Shown one piece after another: positions 59,502 through 64,000 of a DNA stretch of 64,000 nt. How positions within the stretch are numbered: the first letter of the stretch is position 1; the number at the start of each line of letters is the position of its first letter. The notes under the pieces were generated by a model that was not told where the DNA came from, searched no databases, and worked only from the letters and a program-made list of their open reading frames with translations. Position numbers and translations under genes: made by a program. The DNA comes from a virus, in the IMG/VR virus record IMGVR_UViG_3300023174_000124, positions 20,860-84,859 of that record; one strand, given 5' to 3'.

Positions 59502-59708
59502 ATGTATCGTAGGTTCGCTCAAGATCAAAAATTAACCTTACAAAAGGTTTCTGATGCTAGATCTTATTTAATGATGTTAGTAAGTTCCTTGATGGAATTA
59601 CAAAAAGTACAAAAAGAATCAAGTCTTTCTATATCTGTTGATATAGATATGGCTATCAATGAACTCGCTCTATTAGATGAAGCTTTAGAAGAAACACAAG
59701 GAAAATAA
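59502..59708 (+). CDS. Small helical protein
   Basis: AAGGA RBS; starts MYRRFA. Confidence 0.65.
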   Translation: MYRRFAQDQKLTLQKVSDARSYLMMLVSSLMELQKVQKESSLSISVDIDMAINELALLDEALEETQGK

Positions 59709-59709
59709 G

Positions 59710-60360
59710 ATGAATAAAGATGCAGGTTTAGTGGATAATCCACTTTTACTACCCACTTTGTTGGGAGTTATTAAGTTATATCAGAGTTTAAACAAAAATT
59801 TAAGTCCTCAAATAATAAAGCAATATAACATTTTATTTTCTGCAGCAGAAGATAGTGTTATGAAATACGATGAGAATTTTAGTTTAAAAGGAGATGAAGG
59901 CATAGACATTAAAGTTGTCAGTATGTTGAAACTTGCTTTATTAAACTTAAAAAGATTTAATGCTATATTAGAAGATTTTCAAGAAGTATCTCAAACAGGA
60001 TATTCCATCTATACCGAATTAACAAAAAGAAAAAGATTTGCATCTAATCAAATCCCTTTATTAGAACAATCTTTAAAGAGAATGGTGAACTTATACGATA
60101 TGATTTCAGACGATCAAATCTTTAGTGAACCTAATCTTAGAAAGTTAAAAACTAATTGTACTAAATTATCAAATTTTCTTGAACCTCATATAGAAGTAGC
60201 AAATGAAAATTTAAGTTTCTTTTTTGAAGATAGTGCAAGTTTAATAGGGGATTTAAATGTTGCTTTAAATTCTATTGACCGAAAACAACCAGGTATGTTT
60301 ATTGTGTCTTATCAAGCTATGGAAATGCTTGAAGATTTAAAAAGTAAAATCTTTATGTAG
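59710..60360 (+). CDS. Hypothetical helical protein
   Basis: Starts MNKDA; internal KRFA splits two halves. Confidence 0.7.
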   Translation: MNKDAGLVDNPLLLPTLLGVIKLYQSLNKNLSPQIIKQYNILFSAAEDSVMKYDENFSLKGDEGIDIKVVSMLKLALLNLKRFNAILEDFQEVSQTGYSIYTELTKRKRFASNQIPLLEQSLKRMVNLYDMISDDQIFSEPNLRKLKTNCTKLSNFLEPHIEVANENLSFFFEDSASLIGDLNVALNSIDRKQPGMFIVSYQAMEMLEDLKSKIFM

Positions 60361-63300
60361 TATATTTTTCTTTAAGTCTCTTTTTGGTGATGTCTTTAGT
60401 CAATTCAAAAGAAGTTTTATCTAATGGTTTCTTACCCTTAAAGGTCTTTTGAATATCTTTATTTTTAAAACTTTTTAACTTTTTTTTGTCTATTTCTTGT
60501 TTTAAAGTTAATCCTATAATAGAAACTTTCATTTGTTGTAGTAAAGGTGTTTTATTTTCTTCTTCACTTGCCATTTTGAAATGTCTCTTATGTTTTTCTA
60601 ATCCTTCTACTTGTTCACTTTCTTCATCTCTCCTACCTTGTAAGTATAGGCTTCTAAACATAGCGACTTTAGTTATCATTTCATATTCTTTGTGAATATC
60701 GTGCATTTCTTTAATTACTTGTTCTCTATTATTACTTTCATCATAAACACTATGCCCTTCTTCTTCTGCTTCTTTTGCTTTTTCATAAAGTTCTTCCATC
60801 TCTTCTAATTCTTTTTTGTCTATATTTTTCTTTTTTAAGAGTTTTATAATTTTATCTACTTGACCTTCTCTTAAATCAGCAAGAGCTTCTATTTTACCTT
60901 TTTTAAGTTTTTCACATAAGGGTTTATAATTATCATCTCTTGTGAGAATGGTATAGAACTTAGAATTTTCACTAAAAAGTTGTTTAGCTTTAGAGGATGC
61001 TTCTTTTCTTTTTACTCCTCTAAGTTCAGCTGTAATAGGAACTTCTTTTTTATTTTTTCCATAAAACATACCCTCTTCTTCTATAGTAGTAGTCTGACCT
61101 CTATATTTATCAGCCCATTGTTCATCTGTTAATAATGAGTCTTCTAGTATTTGTATTCTCTTTCTATATTTTTCTTCTAATTCTTTGGGTGTTTTGTCTT
61201 CATTATATAATTCTTGGATGAGTTTTTCTTTGGGGTCATCAAATAGAGCATAGTATTTTTCTTCAAAAAAACTTTCAATAAATTCACCTGCTAGGTACAT
61301 CGAACCTGCTTTGATAACACCACCTGCAAGATTACCTACTTGGTCAGCCAAGAAATCTACGGATTCATGGTCAGCTAAAAAACTGAGCCCTCCCATTTTA
61401 TCTGCTATACTACTACTTAAATCAGAGATTGAATTGAGTCCTTCACTTAGGAGATGAGAGCCTTTTAAAAAGTAATCCATAACATCGCCAATTTTACCTG
61501 CTTTATGAAGTTCATCTATCATAGAAGCTATTAATTTAGGTTGTTCTTTACTTGCCATCTCTAATAAAGATGCAATATTCCCTGTCTTTCCTAATTGTTT
61601 ACTTAAAAATTCCGTTGCTAGTTTCTCAATCTCTGAATTACCAATAAGGGCAGAACCTAGTTCTTTAACACCCTTTGAAATACCTATTGTACTCAAATCT
61701 ATTACTCTATCTGGAATTTTTTCACCTAAAAAATCACTAACAGGTTTCTCTAAAGACCCCATAATAGATGATCGAATAACATCATATAAAATATTTCCTT
61801 TATTTCCAGCTGACATCTCATTAAGTGAAGATATCATTTCTTCTTTCTTTTCTTCTAATTTTTTTACTGCAAGTTCTCTTTTCTTTTTAGCTTGTTCCGA
61901 TAATTTAGATATCATTCCATCTTGTGCTATTTGAGAATCAGAACCTAAATCAGATTCACTTTCAAGCGACTCTTTTTTAAAAGCATCTTTTAATGATGCC
62001 ATAAGTACTTTTGAAGTCTTCCTATTACTATCTCTTACTTCTTTATTTACATTTTGTACATATTTCTCATCTAAATAACTATCTATCTCGCTTATAAAAT
62101 TTGATATGTCAGGGACAAGACCTAAAGATACTCGATCAAATATTTCTTCAATCTCATACTTACCTAGCTTATGTTCTTTTTCAGATTGTTTTTTTGCAAG
62201 TCCCTTAAGAATAGCTTCTCTTTTTTCTATTAGTCTTTCTTTTTCATCTTCATCTGATGTTCTTTTTATCTCTTGACTAATATCAAAAACTTCATTTATT
62301 TTTTTCTTTAAATAGTCTTTCTCTTTTTTCTTAAGTTCTAAGAAAGAATCTTTAGCATTATATTCTGTTTTTATAGAATCATCTAAAGAAGATAATATGT
62401 GAGTATCTCCACTTAATAATGTTTCACCTTGACTTTCTATCGCGGCTATTACTAATTGCTGTTTTTGTTTTTCTTCTTCATCTTCAAGATTTTGAATTAC
62501 CTTTTCTACTCTTTCTTTTTCTTCATTCAAAATATAATTTTCTTGTGTCTTTTTTTTATTGAGGAGTCTCTTTATTTTTAATTTAATCCGTTTTTTTTCT
62601 AATGCTCCCATATCATCAGTTATTTTTGACCTAAGATTTTCAATCTCTCTTCCATTTTCACTTAAAGTATCAAAAATCTTTAAATCTATATCTTCTATAT
62701 GCTTTTTATTAACCAATTTTTCAAATTGTTCTTCTACTACACTTTCTTTCTCTGTTTCTTCCGCTTCAGTAAAAGAATCTACCATCTCCTTATAACTTTT
62801 TTTAATACTCTTTTTGTTGTATGCCATATTTGACCACTCAGTGGCTCTTATTAGAGAACTTGCCCACTGCTCCTTCACTTCCACCATTTTCTTACTTCCT
62901 CCTAGAATACTTCCTAAAATAGAATCTCCTATTTTTTTTACTCCTGATAGCTCTTCATATCCTGCAACATTATTCATTCTATTTTGAACCACTTCGGACA
63001 TCTTACTCACTGTTTTCTCTAAAACCATATTTACAGCTTCTTCATCTTCTTCACTCAAATCTAATTTCTTCACAAATAACTCACCATCTATTTCTTGTAT
63101 ACTTCTCTCCATATAATCTATTATTCTATCCACTTTCATATTTATTCTTTTTTCTCTTATTTGATTAAATTTTTTCTTATCTTGTCTTTTACCCTGTTCT
63201 ATTTCTTTTTCTTTCAAAGACTCTTCGGTCTCTTTTTTCTCTTTATCTACCTTGTCATAATCTTCTTTAAATTCAGGGTATAACTTTTGAACCAATTTCG

Positions 63301-63904
63301 TAGCATCATTTTTTAACTTATTATTTCCTGAATTATAATAAGATTGATAAGTTGAAAATAATACTTCTTTCCCTTCCTCTCTCAATGAAGGATACTTTTT
63401 CTCCCCATACTTATTCTTATGCCAATCTATCATTAAATCCCATGTCTTTCTTGGTATGTTCCCTTTCTCTACAGATTCTCTTTCTTCAGCATACGCTTTC
63501 TTTAATATTCCCAATAAAGATTTTCTTAATCCTTTATTCTCATAAGCTATCTTTATTAAATCCTCCAAAGGAATTTCCATATTGTCTTTTTGAAATTCTA
63601 CATATGCTCTCTTTATAACTCCCTTAGCTTCTTTTTTAACTTCCACATCTTTACTTTTATAGTAGTTAATATAAGTATCAAACCCCACTTTCTTACCTTC
63701 TAAGAATAAACTAGGATACTTTAAATTACCACCATACTTCTCTTTGTGCCATTCACCTAATTTCTTCAAGACCCCTCCACTAAACTCCTCTCTACTTAAA
63801 GCCTTCTTATAATTAGTTTTTATTATAGGCAATAAATACTCTCTTGATTCTTTATTCTCAAAAGCATATTTAATCATTTTTCTTATTAAATTACGACTGC
63901 TCAT
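60353..63904 (-). CDS. Large Lys/Glu-rich protein, probable internal head/ejection protein
   Basis: Duplicated N-terminal unit (tag plus WHKxKYG..KYPSL..EGK); 1183 aa. Confidence 0.75.
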   Translation of the reverse strand: MSSRNLIRKMIKYAFENKESREYLLPIIKTNYKKALSREEFSGGVLKKLGEWHKEKYGGNLKYPSLFLEGKKVGFDTYINYYKSKDVEVKKEAKGVIKRAYVEFQKDNMEIPLEDLIKIAYENKGLRKSLLGILKKAYAEERESVEKGNIPRKTWDLMIDWHKNKYGEKKYPSLREEGKEVLFSTYQSYYNSGNNKLKNDATKLVQKLYPEFKEDYDKVDKEKKETEESLKEKEIEQGKRQDKKKFNQIREKRINMKVDRIIDYMERSIQEIDGELFVKKLDLSEEDEEAVNMVLEKTVSKMSEVVQNRMNNVAGYEELSGVKKIGDSILGSILGGSKKMVEVKEQWASSLIRATEWSNMAYNKKSIKKSYKEMVDSFTEAEETEKESVVEEQFEKLVNKKHIEDIDLKIFDTLSENGREIENLRSKITDDMGALEKKRIKLKIKRLLNKKKTQENYILNEEKERVEKVIQNLEDEEEKQKQQLVIAAIESQGETLLSGDTHILSSLDDSIKTEYNAKDSFLELKKKEKDYLKKKINEVFDISQEIKRTSDEDEKERLIEKREAILKGLAKKQSEKEHKLGKYEIEEIFDRVSLGLVPDISNFISEIDSYLDEKYVQNVNKEVRDSNRKTSKVLMASLKDAFKKESLESESDLGSDSQIAQDGMISKLSEQAKKKRELAVKKLEEKKEEMISSLNEMSAGNKGNILYDVIRSSIMGSLEKPVSDFLGEKIPDRVIDLSTIGISKGVKELGSALIGNSEIEKLATEFLSKQLGKTGNIASLLEMASKEQPKLIASMIDELHKAGKIGDVMDYFLKGSHLLSEGLNSISDLSSSIADKMGGLSFLADHESVDFLADQVGNLAGGVIKAGSMYLAGEFIESFFEEKYYALFDDPKEKLIQELYNEDKTPKELEEKYRKRIQILEDSLLTDEQWADKYRGQTTTIEEEGMFYGKNKKEVPITAELRGVKRKEASSKAKQLFSENSKFYTILTRDDNYKPLCEKLKKGKIEALADLREGQVDKIIKLLKKKNIDKKELEEMEELYEKAKEAEEEGHSVYDESNNREQVIKEMHDIHKEYEMITKVAMFRSLYLQGRRDEESEQVEGLEKHKRHFKMASEEENKTPLLQQMKVSIIGLTLKQEIDKKKLKSFKNKDIQKTFKGKKPLDKTSFELTKDITKKRLKEKYTT

Positions 63905-64000
63905 TTATCTTATACCTCTATCTACTACTATATAAAGATAGATATAAAAGACTTAATTAAAGATATGTGCTTGACTCTCACCATATGCCATATTACTAAT

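Noticed and set aside
430-63618. Many short ORFs antisense to or nested in long genes (e.g. 2102, 9647, 22647, 32706, 47434)
   Set aside because: Phe/Ser/Leu-rich shadow frames of Lys/Glu-rich genes with no RBS
63971-64000. TTGACT possible promoter at the window end
   Set aside because: No good -10 at 16-18 bp spacing; downstream context missing
1-64000. Stop-codon recoding, tRNAs, or eukaryotic-virus origin
   Set aside because: Code 11 gives dense long ORFs ending in TAA, TAG and TGA; no cloverleaf seen in the short intergenic gaps; SD sites, sigma70 promoters and tail genes indicate a bacteriophage

Overview
Gene-dense, very AT-rich window (roughly 30% GC by eye, not computed) with AGGAG Shine-Dalgarno sites and the standard genetic code. 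It reads as part of a large tailed (jumbo myovirus-type) bacteriophage genome. It contains neck/head-tail genes (0.1-6.6 kb), probable decoration/fibre genes (7.8-15.6 kb) and a tail module (spike/hub, CHAP-bearing hub, two tube-initiator-like genes, tape measure, chaperones, tube; 36-51 kb). It also has a replication block (intein-containing SNF2 helicase, degenerate DnaC-like loader, DnaB, GIY-YIG protein, stand-alone primase zinc finger; 52-58 kb), with the primase Toprim half about 22 kb away. No capsid, portal, terminase, sheath, tRNA or CRISPR was recognised. The most striking signal is a dispersed set of about 20 otherwise unrelated, Lys/Glu-rich proteins that share short terminal peptide tags (LIKxAYxNPxLR; IRxAMLKK) and [K/R]-x-A motifs at termini and domain junctions. 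In one Ntn-hydrolase the KEA sits directly before the catalytic Cys. My inference is a capsid-targeting and proteolytic-maturation system that loads polyprotein-like cargo (peptidases, a SWIM finger, DUF3140, membrane-inserting proteins) into the virion. Other signals: an unannotated SWIM domain reachable only by a -1 shift at an A10 run, a 15-bp regulatory motif found four times, an orphan consensus promoter with AT-rich repeats, a 53-bp palindrome supplying both RBSs of a divergent gene pair, and an apparent saw-tooth GC skew. All family calls come from motif recognition, not database searches.
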